DNA of 64,000 bases from the NCBI GenBank assembly GCA_963674755.2, contig CAXXVS010000003.1, forward strand, positions 2,592,001 through 2,656,000, given 5' to 3'. The position numbers were made by a program, and so were the translations under genes. The notes under the pieces are model-generated. The model saw only the letters and a list, made by a program, of their open reading frames with translations. It was not told the origin of the DNA and ran no database searches. The DNA comes from Desulfobacterales bacterium. Lineage in GTDB: Bacteria; Desulfobacterota; Desulfobacteria; Desulfobacterales; UBA5852. Shown one piece after another: positions 44,104 to 53,198 of the stretch; the first letter of the stretch is position 1; each line of letters starts with the position of its first letter.

Positions 44104-45732
44104 ATGTCTGAGGCCCGCAGCAATGTCCCGCTCTTTATCATGGGCGGCATCATGATTGTCTATGCCCTGATCGTAAACACGGGCGTATTGCTACCCCTGA
44201 TGAAATCCATCGGGACCCACAAGTCCGTGGACCTGCAGGTGACCATGTGCTTTATCGTCGGGGCCATCGGTCTTCTGGCGGCCATTGTCAATTCCATCCG
44301 CAAGCCCCAGAACACCGTACTGGACCGGTTTTTCCTGCAGCCCATGGCCGGCATCATTCTGCTGCTGGGCCTGGCCATGCTGGTCCGCTGGTACGTGGAA
44401 CCCTGGGTGATCATCGGCAGCAAGAAGCTGGCACCGGTGGTCGGCTTCAAGATTTACAAGGTTCTCAACCTCAACTATGTGGTTCTGGGACTTCTGGTGG
44501 GCGTGGTCATCACCAACACCATCGGGATTCCCCGCTTTGCGGCCTCCGGTGTCAAGACCGCCCGCTTCGTTCTCAAGATGGGGGTCATCCTGCTGGGGGC
44601 CCGCTACAGTTTTGCCGAGCTGGCCAAATTGGGCGTCTACAGCATCTGGCTGGTGGGGGGCTTCGTCATGGGGACGGTTTTTCTGGTGCTGTGGCTGGGG
44701 AATATGTTCAAGCAGCCCAAAACCATGACCGGTGTGCTCTCGGCCGGTATGGGGGTGTGCGGTGTCTCCGCCACGGTGGCCGTGGCTCCGGTGGTGCGGG
44801 CCAAGAGCGAGGAAATGGCCTATACCATCGGTACCATTCTTTCCTTCGGCATCATCTGCATGTTCATCTTCCCCACGGTGGGCAAGCTGGTGGGCATGAA
44901 TCCCACCCAGTTCGGCGCCTGGGCCGGCACCGGCATCCTCAACTCCGCCCAAGTGGCCGCCGCGGCCCTGGCCTTCAACGCCGTGGACATCGCGACCCTG
45001 AAAGTCGCTGAGATTTTCAACATCACCCGGGTGCTCTTTCTGCCCATTATCGTGCTCGTACTGGCCACCTGGTTCGGCAAGGAAAGCGGCCAGAAGCTCA
45101 ATTTCAAGTCGGTCGTCATCGACAAGTTCCCCATTTTCATCCTGGGTTTCCTGCTGCTCTTCCTCATGTCTTCGTTGGGCCTTTTTTCCCCGCCCGATCA
45201 TTATAAGGGCAAATATGTCGACTTCTCATACAACGATCGTACCCGCATTACCGATAAGGAGTGGGCGGTTCTCAACGGCGCCCTCGATTCCGGTGCCATC
45301 ACAGGGGCAAATGCCACCGAGATGGCCGCCCTGGAAGATCTCCGCAAGCAACATCAGATTGCCGGCAACTTCGATGACCGCAACAACACGGCCGTTTTCA
45401 ACAAGGCCGGCCGCGACCGCATGACGGCCCTGGAATCCATCCTGGCCCAGCACAAGGCCAAAGAGGTCGAGATGAGCAAGGATGTTACCAGCGTCATCAA
45501 GCATGCCATCCATCAGGTTCACAAGAAATCCAAGACCATCGTGACCTTGACGGACTGCATGATCTGGTTCTTCGCCTTCGGTCTGATCGGGCTGGGCATG
45601 CAGATCACCAAAAAAGCCATGGCCCAGGCCGGCGGCTGGCCCCTGGTGATCGGGATCATCTCCGGCGTGACCAAGGCGGCCCTGTCCTTCTTCGTGGTAT
45701 TGTGGTTTGTCAAGGAAGTTACCCTGAAATAG
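44104..45732 (+). CDS. YeiH / putative sulfate exporter (PSE) family membrane protein, extended
   Basis: LKMGVILLGA, GVCGVSATVAVAP, FGAWAGTGILNSAQVAAA, FAFGLIGLG; AGGAGG RBS. Confidence 0.88.
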   Translation: MSEARSNVPLFIMGGIMIVYALIVNTGVLLPLMKSIGTHKSVDLQVTMCFIVGAIGLLAAIVNSIRKPQNTVLDRFFLQPMAGIILLLGLAMLVRWYVEPWVIIGSKKLAPVVGFKIYKVLNLNYVVLGLLVGVVITNTIGIPRFAASGVKTARFVLKMGVILLGARYSFAELAKLGVYSIWLVGGFVMGTVFLVLWLGNMFKQPKTMTGVLSAGMGVCGVSATVAVAPVVRAKSEEMAYTIGTILSFGIICMFIFPTVGKLVGMNPTQFGAWAGTGILNSAQVAAAALAFNAVDIATLKVAEIFNITRVLFLPIIVLVLATWFGKESGQKLNFKSVVIDKFPIFILGFLLLFLMSSLGLFSPPDHYKGKYVDFSYNDRTRITDKEWAVLNGALDSGAITGANATEMAALEDLRKQHQIAGNFDDRNNTAVFNKAGRDRMTALESILAQHKAKEVEMSKDVTSVIKHAIHQVHKKSKTIVTLTDCMIWFFAFGLIGLGMQITKKAMAQAGGWPLVIGIISGVTKAALSFFVVLWFVKEVTLK

Positions 45733-45774
45733 ACGACCGGGCCTGCACGTGCCCGAAATGGAGGTATATCTGTC

Positions 45775-45933
45775 ATGAGTAAAAAACCCGAATCCGCTCC
45801 GGCGGATAGCCAGGAAATGGAAGAACGGGCCCTGTCGGTCTTCGCCAGCGAACGCAACGAAGACATTACGGCCCTGATCTTGACCCTGATCACCACCTTT
45901 GTGGTGCTGCTGTTCACCAAGTGGATGGTCTGA
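45775..45933 (+). CDS. 52-aa single-TM small protein (absent from ORF track)
   Basis: GGAGGT RBS; MSKKPESAPADSQEMEERALSVFASERNEDITALILTLITTFVVLLFTKWMV. Confidence 0.8.
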   Translation: MSKKPESAPADSQEMEERALSVFASERNEDITALILTLITTFVVLLFTKWMV

Positions 45934-46046
45934 CAAACAATAGCTGCGCCGCGGGTTATGGCTCCCCGCCACCGGAGCGGACAACTTTCCCTCCGCTGGA
46001 GCGCCCGCGGCAGCGACGCTGCTAAGCATCTTGTCATACCCATTGG

Positions 46047-46098
46047 AAATGGATATCCTGCCGGGGTGCGCGACGGGCACCCGGCAGGATTTTCATTT
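46047..46098 (+). terminator. Intra-operon hairpin/terminator before USP
   Basis: ATCCTGCCGGGGTGC...GCACCCGGCAGGAT followed by TTTCATTT. Confidence 0.6.
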
Positions 46099-46156
46099 GC
46101 CGCGTCCGCGGTTGCCCATTTCCACACCCGATGCCCAAAAAAGCGAGCGATCCGCC

Positions 46157-46612
46157 ATGTTCCGACATATTCTGCTCTGTACCCACGGTACGCCCGGCGC
46201 CCGTCAAGCCGAAGCACTCGTCTTCGCAAAGCTCCTGCCGGCCTTTCCCGAGGCCCGCGTGACGGTGCTGACCGTTTTTAACCAAGACTGGGCCCTGATG
46301 ACAGGGGATGACTGGTTGAATACGTCGGCCACCCGCAATACGTTCCGATCCCACGTGGAAAACCAGCTCTCCCAGGAAACGGCGGCCCACTGGGATACCA
46401 TCCGGAAACGCTACCCCGCGGCGTCCCGGCATCATTTCATGCACATCTTCGGTCCGGTGGAAGCCACCATTGCCGAGGTGGCGCGCGATCAGGACTGCGA
46501 TTTGGTGGTCATGGGCGCCTGGCAGAAGAAAAGGGCGCCGGGGTTCAAACACCGGATCACCCCTGAAGGCCTCCATCCCCTTCTATCCGTGCCGCTGATG
46601 ATCGCGCCGTGA
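46157..46612 (+). CDS. Universal stress protein
   Basis: MFRHILLCTHGTPGA, IAEVARDQDCDLVVMG, ends VPLMIAP. Confidence 0.88.
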   Translation: MFRHILLCTHGTPGARQAEALVFAKLLPAFPEARVTVLTVFNQDWALMTGDDWLNTSATRNTFRSHVENQLSQETAAHWDTIRKRYPAASRHHFMHIFGPVEATIAEVARDQDCDLVVMGAWQKKRAPGFKHRITPEGLHPLLSVPLMIAP

Positions 46613-46618
46613 GGAGCC

Positions 46619-47173
46619 ATGGAGAAAGATTACAGTCTTGAACTATCCTTAGAGGCGTTCCCGCAGGACCTGCGCGTGGCGCATCTGTTGGCCGGAGAGA
46701 CCCTGCTGCGCCTCCACCCCCATTGGTTCGTCGAGACGTTCACCCAGGAAGCAGAGACGGTCACCGCCGACCTGCGGGATTACGCCAGTGACGAACGCTT
46801 TCGCCTGCGGTATCGTTGCGGGCCGGGCGCCGGCGATCTGCCGCAGCTGATTTTCGAGGAGGGCCCCCTGCGGGAAATCCGGTTTTTTCTCCAGGGGACC
46901 GAACTGCACGCCCGGGTGTGCAGCGATCACCCCCTGGCCGTGCTCGAAGAACGATTCGGCCTGCTGCTGTGGCTGCGCGGCATCCGGGAATACCTGCGCC
47001 TTTATGTCCGCCGCAGTCCCAATACCCTTTTGTTCCGGTTCCTGATGAACCGCGTCATGCTCAGGATGAATCCCTCCCAACGCAAGATCAGCATCATGAT
47101 CACCAAAATTACCGTCGTGGAAATGCTGTTGATTCTGGCCTTGGTGATCGGATTTGTCTATTTCAACCGCTGA
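46619..47173 (+). CDS. Hypothetical protein with C-terminal TM helix
   Basis: GAGGAG RBS, 184 aa, hydrophobic C-terminus. Confidence 0.75.
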   Translation: MEKDYSLELSLEAFPQDLRVAHLLAGETLLRLHPHWFVETFTQEAETVTADLRDYASDERFRLRYRCGPGAGDLPQLIFEEGPLREIRFFLQGTELHARVCSDHPLAVLEERFGLLLWLRGIREYLRLYVRRSPNTLLFRFLMNRVMLRMNPSQRKISIMITKITVVEMLLILALVIGFVYFNR

Positions 47174-47184
47174 GGCCATCGCCG

Positions 47185-47690
47185 GTGGACGGGTGCCGAC
47201 GTCGAGTGCCGCCTGGCACGCCAATATAGGCTGCCCCTTGACAGGGTGGTTCTCTTCCGCGGGGAATTGATCGATATCACCGCCTACCGGCATGCACCAC
47301 CAGGGCATGGTTCACCACGCTTTGCGGCCCGCCAATGCCAACGTGCGCCCGGAGGGCGGTCTTGGCCGGCTCGATTTCGGTATCGCCGCCCGGCGAAACC
47401 AGCCCGATCCCGTCACCGCCCGCGGTATGGGCTTCCCGGGTGATGTATGCTATCGGGCCCCGGGACCATGGGCTGGCCAGCGGAGGGATGCCAGGGCCGA
47501 CATCGACACCCTGGGCCTTGTATCGCATGCTGACGGGGTACTTGCCTTATCCGGACAGCAGCCCGCCTGCACCCTCAAGCTTCGCAGCGGCGGCCACATG
47601 CCGCCCCCCTTCCCTCAAAGTCCTGGACTATCCAAGACCCTCGAAAAAGTGATCTTAAACCCCACGGCCGCCGATAGGCAGGCGTACAAG
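47185..47690 (+). pseudogene. Degenerate Hanks-type Ser/Thr protein kinase remnant
   Basis: Across frameshifts: VDGADVECRL..RLPLDRV / MHHQGMVHHALRPAN..RLDFGIA / YRAP..DARADIDTLG / LYRMLTGYLPY / PGLSKTLEKVIL, matching subdomains V-XI in order. Confidence 0.72.
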
Positions 47691-47725
47691 ACCTGGGTGC
47701 AAGACCTGGGTGGAAGACCAGGGAG
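47687..47725 (+). repeat. 13-bp tandem repeat x3
   Basis: CAAGACCTGGGTG CAAGACCTGGGTG GAAGACCAGGGAG. Confidence 0.8.
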
Positions 47726-47896
47726 AGGATTTGGTCGAGGCCGTCCGGAAGTCCGGAGAGCGATCTTGACAAACTGCTATGGATGTGGAATTTTTACAAA
47801 TTACGCGTATTTACTTTGTCGTGAAACGCCCACCGGAATCGATGCCGCCAAGGAACCGATTACGGCCATGCCCACCACGCGGGGTACGACCATACC

Positions 47897-49420
47897 ATGG
47901 ACGATGGACGCCAGAAAGAAACACTGCTCTTTGTCGATGACGAAGAAAATATCCTCGATATCGCCAGCGAATATTTTCAGTTCAAAGGCTTCGAACTCCT
48001 GACCGCCCGCAATGGTCGGGAGGCGGTACGGGTACTGGAAAGCGAGCACGTGGACTGTTGTTTCACCGACATCAATATGCCGGAGATGGACGGCTTGGCC
48101 CTGGCCGAGCATATCCATTACACGGACAACACCATTCCGGTGATTGTCATGACCGGCTATCCCTCCCTCGACAATACGATTGCCACCCTCAAAAACGGGG
48201 TGGTGGACTTTCTCATCAAGCCGGTCAACCTGGAACAGATGGAACTGGCCGTACGCCGGGTCCTGCGCCAGCGGCGGTTGTTCGTGGAGAACATCCTGCT
48301 GCAAAAGGAAGTCGAACAGAAGGAGCGGCTGGAGAAGCTCAATCACGAACTCGTCACCAAGATCGAAGAGCTCAACCTGATCAACCGCATCATGAGCGAT
48401 TTTGCGGCCATCGGTTCGACCACCGATGTCTTCGCGCGGGTGGTGGACCTGGCCCTGGAAATCGCCCACGCGGATTTGGCCCAGTTCCTCGTGATGAACG
48501 AACATGTCGAGCGGCCCTTTGAAGTCGTTTCGGCGGCCAACCCCAAGTACCCCGGGCTGGAAGGAGTCTGCCTGTCGGATGCGCTGGTGGCCGGTGTGGT
48601 GGGTGACGAATTGCCCCTGCTGGTGGACGGCCGTCAGGGGCCGGACATACTGCCCTCCACCATTGGAGCGGCCCTTCTGGTGCCCATGACCATTCGCCAG
48701 AAGGTCTTTGGCGTCCTCACGGCGGCAGTTGGCCGGGGGAATGCCTGCTTTTCGGAAAAAGATCTCTACTACCTGTCCTTCATCGCCCGCAATGCGGCCC
48801 ATGCCATCGAGAACCTGGCCCTCTACGAAAATATTTATCAGAATCTGTTCGCGACCCTGTATGCCTTCGTCAATGCCCTGGAGGCCCGCGATCCCTACAC
48901 CCAGCAGCATTCCGAACGCGTGGCCCGGCTGGCGATTCTGCTGGGGCAGGAGATGGGCTGCACCCCCGAAGAATTGGATATTCTGCATTTCTCGGGGCAC
49001 CTGCACGATATCGGTAAAATCGGTATCCGGGATGACATCCTGCTGAAAAGCAGCGGACTGACCTGCGAAGAATATGAAAAGATCAAGGAGCATCCCCAGA
49101 TCGGCGCCAACATCGTCGGGCAGCTGGGGTTATGGGAGCGTGAAAAGGACATCATCCGCTACCACCATGAGCACTTCGACGGCACGGGCTATCCCGAAGG
49201 GCTGCAGGGAGAGGCCATCCCCTTTCTGTCCCGCCTGTTGGCCGTAGCCGACGTGTTCGATGCCATGGCGTCGGGACGCGCCTATCGCAAGAAAATCGAG
49301 GAGTCCGTCGTCTTGAAAACCATATGCGAGCGGGCCGGAGCCCACTTCGATCCCCGGGTCGTGGATGTCTTGCGGCGTCTTTACGCGGAAGGGCGTCTCC
49401 CCGCCACTTCCGACGCCTGA
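47897..49420 (+). CDS. REC-GAF-HD-GYP cyclic-dinucleotide phosphodiesterase
   Basis: REC (FVDDE, DINMPEMDG), GAF, RDPYTQQHSERV, LHDIGK, HHEHFDGTGYP. Confidence 0.93.
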   Translation: MDDGRQKETLLFVDDEENILDIASEYFQFKGFELLTARNGREAVRVLESEHVDCCFTDINMPEMDGLALAEHIHYTDNTIPVIVMTGYPSLDNTIATLKNGVVDFLIKPVNLEQMELAVRRVLRQRRLFVENILLQKEVEQKERLEKLNHELVTKIEELNLINRIMSDFAAIGSTTDVFARVVDLALEIAHADLAQFLVMNEHVERPFEVVSAANPKYPGLEGVCLSDALVAGVVGDELPLLVDGRQGPDILPSTIGAALLVPMTIRQKVFGVLTAAVGRGNACFSEKDLYYLSFIARNAAHAIENLALYENIYQNLFATLYAFVNALEARDPYTQQHSERVARLAILLGQEMGCTPEELDILHFSGHLHDIGKIGIRDDILLKSSGLTCEEYEKIKEHPQIGANIVGQLGLWEREKDIIRYHHEHFDGTGYPEGLQGEAIPFLSRLLAVADVFDAMASGRAYRKKIEESVVLKTICERAGAHFDPRVVDVLRRLYAEGRLPATSDA

Positions 49421-49541
49421 GCCGAGCCGGCCCGCGACGCGCCCCTTCGCAACCCCCCCTTCGGCACTCCACCACCGATTCAGCGCTACCTGGCCATCTT
49501 CCCGGAAATCCATTCCGGACGACAGCTCCCTGATGTTGGCC

Positions 49542-49826
49542 CTAGAGGCGTTTCAGAATCTGGCTGCGTTCCCCGCGATCGAGGTCGTCCAGGGCAAACG
49601 CCAATGCGGCCTCCAGCAGGTTGGATTTGTTGTCGATGGCGGCGCCGGCCAGTTTCAGTTCGTGGAACTTGCGGTCGAAACGTTCGATCAGCTGCACAGA
49701 GAGATAAAAACCGGCCTTTTTCTTGGGTTTGGGGGGTGCGGCCGGGGACGTGCCCGTGGCCGAGCGCATCGGATCGACCGGCGAGTTTTCGAAAAAATCC
49801 GGCAGGTCTTTGGCATCAGGCATCAT
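49542..49826 (-). CDS. Small ParA-associated protein (possible ribbon-helix-helix)
   Basis: 94 aa overlapping the parA end; low-complexity N-terminus, then KKKAGFYLS strand and two helices. Confidence 0.72.
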   Translation of the reverse strand: MMPDAKDLPDFFENSPVDPMRSATGTSPAAPPKPKKKAGFYLSVQLIERFDRKFHELKLAGAAIDNKSNLLEAALAFALDDLDRGERSQILKRL

Positions 49827-50580
49827 GGGTTATCCTCCGTACCAGCTGGTTGTAATCCATTGCGCCGGCGGCATGGCGGCTGTACTCGAAGATGCTCTGG
49901 CCGCTGGAAGGCGCTTCGGTCAAACGGACATTATAGTGGATGGGTTCGCAGATCTGTTTGCGGAACAGACGCCGCAGGATGTTGTAGATTTCTTCGCTGT
50001 GACGGGTACGTCGGTCATACAGGGTGGGCAGGACATACTTCAGCTGAAGCTCCTGGTTCAGGCGCTGGGCGGACATCAGGTAGCCGAAAAAGGTCTTCAG
50101 GCCTTCCAGGGCCGGTCCTTGCAGGGCCACCGGGCAAAGCACTTCCGTGGCCGCCATCAGGATGTTGACGCTGAGGACGTCCCACCCCGGAGCGCAGTCG
50201 AATATAAGGTAGTCCAGGGCGCCGTCCCGCGGGACCAGGGCTTGGGCCAGGACGGATTGGCGAATATCCCGGGGCTGCTCCCCCAGCCAGTTTTTCAATT
50301 CCACCAGACTGATGCCGCCCCCCAGTAGCCACAGATTTTCCCGCGCCGGGAAAAGCGCTTCCTTTTTAGCCACAGTCTTGCCCTGGACATCCGCCCCGGT
50401 GATGAATTCGTACAGACCGTAGGGCGGGGCGACCCCCAGGAATTTGGCTGTTTGTCCCTGGGTATCGCAGTCCACGATCAGGACCCGATGACCTGCCAGG
50501 GCCAGGCCATGGGCCAGATTGACGGCCGTGGTGGTCTTGCCGACGCCGCCCTTGGCCATTGCAACCGCAAGTTTACGCAT
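49816..50580 (-). CDS. ParA/Soj-family ATPase
   Basis: Deviant Walker A KGGVGKTT, VDCDTQG, IFDCAP, VRLTEAP. Confidence 0.95.
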   Translation of the reverse strand: MRKLAVAMAKGGVGKTTTAVNLAHGLALAGHRVLIVDCDTQGQTAKFLGVAPPYGLYEFITGADVQGKTVAKKEALFPARENLWLLGGGISLVELKNWLGEQPRDIRQSVLAQALVPRDGALDYLIFDCAPGWDVLSVNILMAATEVLCPVALQGPALEGLKTFFGYLMSAQRLNQELQLKYVLPTLYDRRTRHSEEIYNILRRLFRKQICEPIHYNVRLTEAPSSGQSIFEYSRHAAGAMDYNQLVRRITHDA

Positions 50581-50842
50581 GGTTTCGCAAGCCTCCCTCT
50601 TCCCTTGTAGAATTCTTCTGTTATACTATTCGCACCCACATGACAATCCCTTTCTATCGTCAGGCGCCTTCGGGCAACGGCCGTCCCGCCCGAGACCCCA
50701 AGCCATGTTATCCGGCCATGGGTCTGGAAGCCTTCGGTTGACACGAATGGCATTCAAAAATATAAAGTGGCCTAACGCCGGTTGACCACCTGTTTTACAG
50801 GTCGCCCTTCACTTATTTTGCATTTCCGGGACATCGCTTCGC

Positions 50843-53107
50843 ATGACTTACGATAAAAAGGCCTCCCCTCAGATGTCTGCGGAAATGCCTGGAGGCGCGG
50901 CAACACCCGCTCGTTCCCCGCGTCCAGACATCGGTGGAACGACGGATATCGATTTGACCCGTCTGCAGCGGGAACGCCAGGCCTTCCACATCTTGACCGA
51001 GGCGGCTATTTCCCAGGACGATTTGCCGGCGATCTGTCACAAGGTTCTCGCCGACCTTCTGGATGTACTCGGTTTCGATTGCGCCACCCTGTGGCTTTAC
51101 GATCCGGTAACCCGTTTGCTGAACCCGATCGCTGTTCTGGATCACCGGGAACAGCGGATGAGGGACCAATTCCCCCCCCAATCCATTGACGATCAGCACT
51201 ACATCGGGGCGTTAGTGGCCCGGCAGGGCGAGCCGGTGTTCGCGCCGGATGTGAAGGCGCATCCCATCGGCCAGACCCATGCCCTGCGGATCCGGGAGCT
51301 GGGGTTCAGAAGTTTCATTGCCTTTCCCATTGCCGATGCGTCCGGGGCGCTGATCGGCGTGGTTCAGATCAATGCCAGCCAGGCGCGTTCCTTCAGCCCG
51401 GGCGACCGCACGTTTTTCGAGGCGGTGGCCCGGATGTTCGGCACGATCATCGAACACCGCCAGGCGGTGGACGCCCTCAGGAAGAGCGAGGCAAGTTATC
51501 GCACCCTTTTCGAGAACGCTCCGGCCGCCCTGTGGGTGGAGGACTTGTCCGGCGTCAAACGCTACCTCAATGAGCTGCGGGCGGCGGGGGTCACCGACCT
51601 GGCCGAACATTTCAAGCGTCATCCGGGCGCCGTGGCGGAATGTGCCGCCCTGATCCGGATACTCGATGTCAATCGGCAGTCCCTCGAACTTTATCAGGCC
51701 CGGGACAAAAAGGCGCTCATGACGGGCCTGCCTAAAATTATGACCCCCCAGGCGCTCGATGGCCTGACCAGGGAACTGGTGGCCATCGATGCCGGCCAAA
51801 CCCGTTCCGCCACAGAGGTGGAGAATCTCACCCTGACGGGCGAGAAGCGGCAGCTGGTGATGCAGTGGTTCGTGGCGCCGGGCCATGAGAACGATTACGG
51901 GCGCGTGCTCCTGTCATTTCTGGATGTGACCGCTACCCGGGCCTTGGAGGCCCAGCTGCTGCAGTCCCAGAAGATGGAATCCGTGGGCACGCTGGCCGGC
52001 GGGATCGCGCACGATTTCAACAATATCATGCAGGCCATCAGCGGCTACACCCAGCTGATGCTGTGGGATCGCGGGCCGGACGATCCGGATTACGCCAACC
52101 TGTGTGCTATCGAGCAGGCCGCCGAACGGGCCAGCAAACTGACGCGCCAGCTGCTGACCTTCAGCCGCAAGGTGCCCAGCGCACTGAAGCCGGTGAACCT
52201 CAACGTGGAAATCGAGAATGTCGGCAAAATCCTGGCCCACACCATTCCCAAAATGATTCGCATCGAGCAGCGCCTGGCAGGGGATCTTTGCATGGTCAAT
52301 GCCGATCGTTCCCAACTCGAACTGGTTCTGATGAACCTCGGCATCAACGCCAGCAATGCCATGCCCGATGGCGGGCACCTCGTTTTCGAGACCCGCAACG
52401 TTTTCCTTCACCAGGACGACCCCTCGGCCTCGCATCTCGTGGACGGGGAGGGCGCCTATGTGCTGCTGTCCGTCTCCGATACCGGGCACGGCATGGATAG
52501 GGAAACCCGGGGGCGGATATTCGAGCCCTTTTTTACGACCCGGGATATCGGCCAGGGGTCCGGTCTGGGACTCGCCATGGTCTATGGGATCATCAAGAAC
52601 CACCACGGCCACATTCTGTGCACCAGCGAACCGGGGCAGGGGGCCTGCTTCGCCATCTATCTGCCGGCCATTCCCGCGCCGCGGGTCGTGGGGGGCGATC
52701 AGATGCCCGTGGAAGCGACACAGCCCGCGGGCCGTGAAACCATATTGGTGGTCGACGACGAAGCCGCGATCCTGGACCTGGCCGAGACCCTGCTGGGACG
52801 TTTCGGCTACCGGGTCCTGCGGGCCGAAAACGGTGAGCAGGCCTTAACGGTCATGGCTGCCCAGGAAAAGCCCGTGGACCTCGTCATCCTGGATCTCAAC
52901 ATGCCCGGCATGGGCGGGCATCAGTGTCTGGCAACCCTGCGGGCGGATTACCCCCGGGTGCCGGTCCTGGTGGCCAGCGGTTATTCTCCCGACGGATCGG
53001 GTGGCGAATCTCAGGTGGCCGGGGCCGCCGGATTCATCGGAAAACCCTACCACCTCAAGGAAATGCTGCGCGTGGTGCGTAACGTCATCGATACCGGCGC
53101 GCCCTAA
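50843..53107 (+). CDS. Cytoplasmic hybrid histidine kinase (GAF-PAS-HisKA-HATPase-REC)
   Basis: AGGIAHDFNN, NASNAM, DTGHGM, GSGLGL, C-terminal REC (VVDDE, DLNMP); no TM segment. Confidence 0.93.
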   Translation: MTYDKKASPQMSAEMPGGAATPARSPRPDIGGTTDIDLTRLQRERQAFHILTEAAISQDDLPAICHKVLADLLDVLGFDCATLWLYDPVTRLLNPIAVLDHREQRMRDQFPPQSIDDQHYIGALVARQGEPVFAPDVKAHPIGQTHALRIRELGFRSFIAFPIADASGALIGVVQINASQARSFSPGDRTFFEAVARMFGTIIEHRQAVDALRKSEASYRTLFENAPAALWVEDLSGVKRYLNELRAAGVTDLAEHFKRHPGAVAECAALIRILDVNRQSLELYQARDKKALMTGLPKIMTPQALDGLTRELVAIDAGQTRSATEVENLTLTGEKRQLVMQWFVAPGHENDYGRVLLSFLDVTATRALEAQLLQSQKMESVGTLAGGIAHDFNNIMQAISGYTQLMLWDRGPDDPDYANLCAIEQAAERASKLTRQLLTFSRKVPSALKPVNLNVEIENVGKILAHTIPKMIRIEQRLAGDLCMVNADRSQLELVLMNLGINASNAMPDGGHLVFETRNVFLHQDDPSASHLVDGEGAYVLLSVSDTGHGMDRETRGRIFEPFFTTRDIGQGSGLGLAMVYGIIKNHHGHILCTSEPGQGACFAIYLPAIPAPRVVGGDQMPVEATQPAGRETILVVDDEAAILDLAETLLGRFGYRVLRAENGEQALTVMAAQEKPVDLVILDLNMPGMGGHQCLATLRADYPRVPVLVASGYSPDGSGGESQVAGAAGFIGKPYHLKEMLRVVRNVIDTGAP

Positions 53108-53198
53108 ATCCGTGGAGAGGGGACGCCGATGCCCCATCGGGATCATGAAGGCCAACAGCCTTCCTTGGGATCAACCTGAATGTTAGCCGAGCCACTGG

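Noticed and set aside
47687..47725. Possible CRISPR array
   Set aside because: Repeats are 13 bp, directly adjacent, have no spacers, and no cas genes are present.
47292..48002. 236-aa ORF as an intact gene
   Set aside because: Only parts are kinase-like, the catalytic Asp is lost, other motifs are in different frames, and it runs into the HD-GYP gene. Treated as a pseudogene.
49542..50580. Integrated plasmid or prophage around parA
   Set aside because: No integrase, rep gene, att-like repeats or compositional shift.
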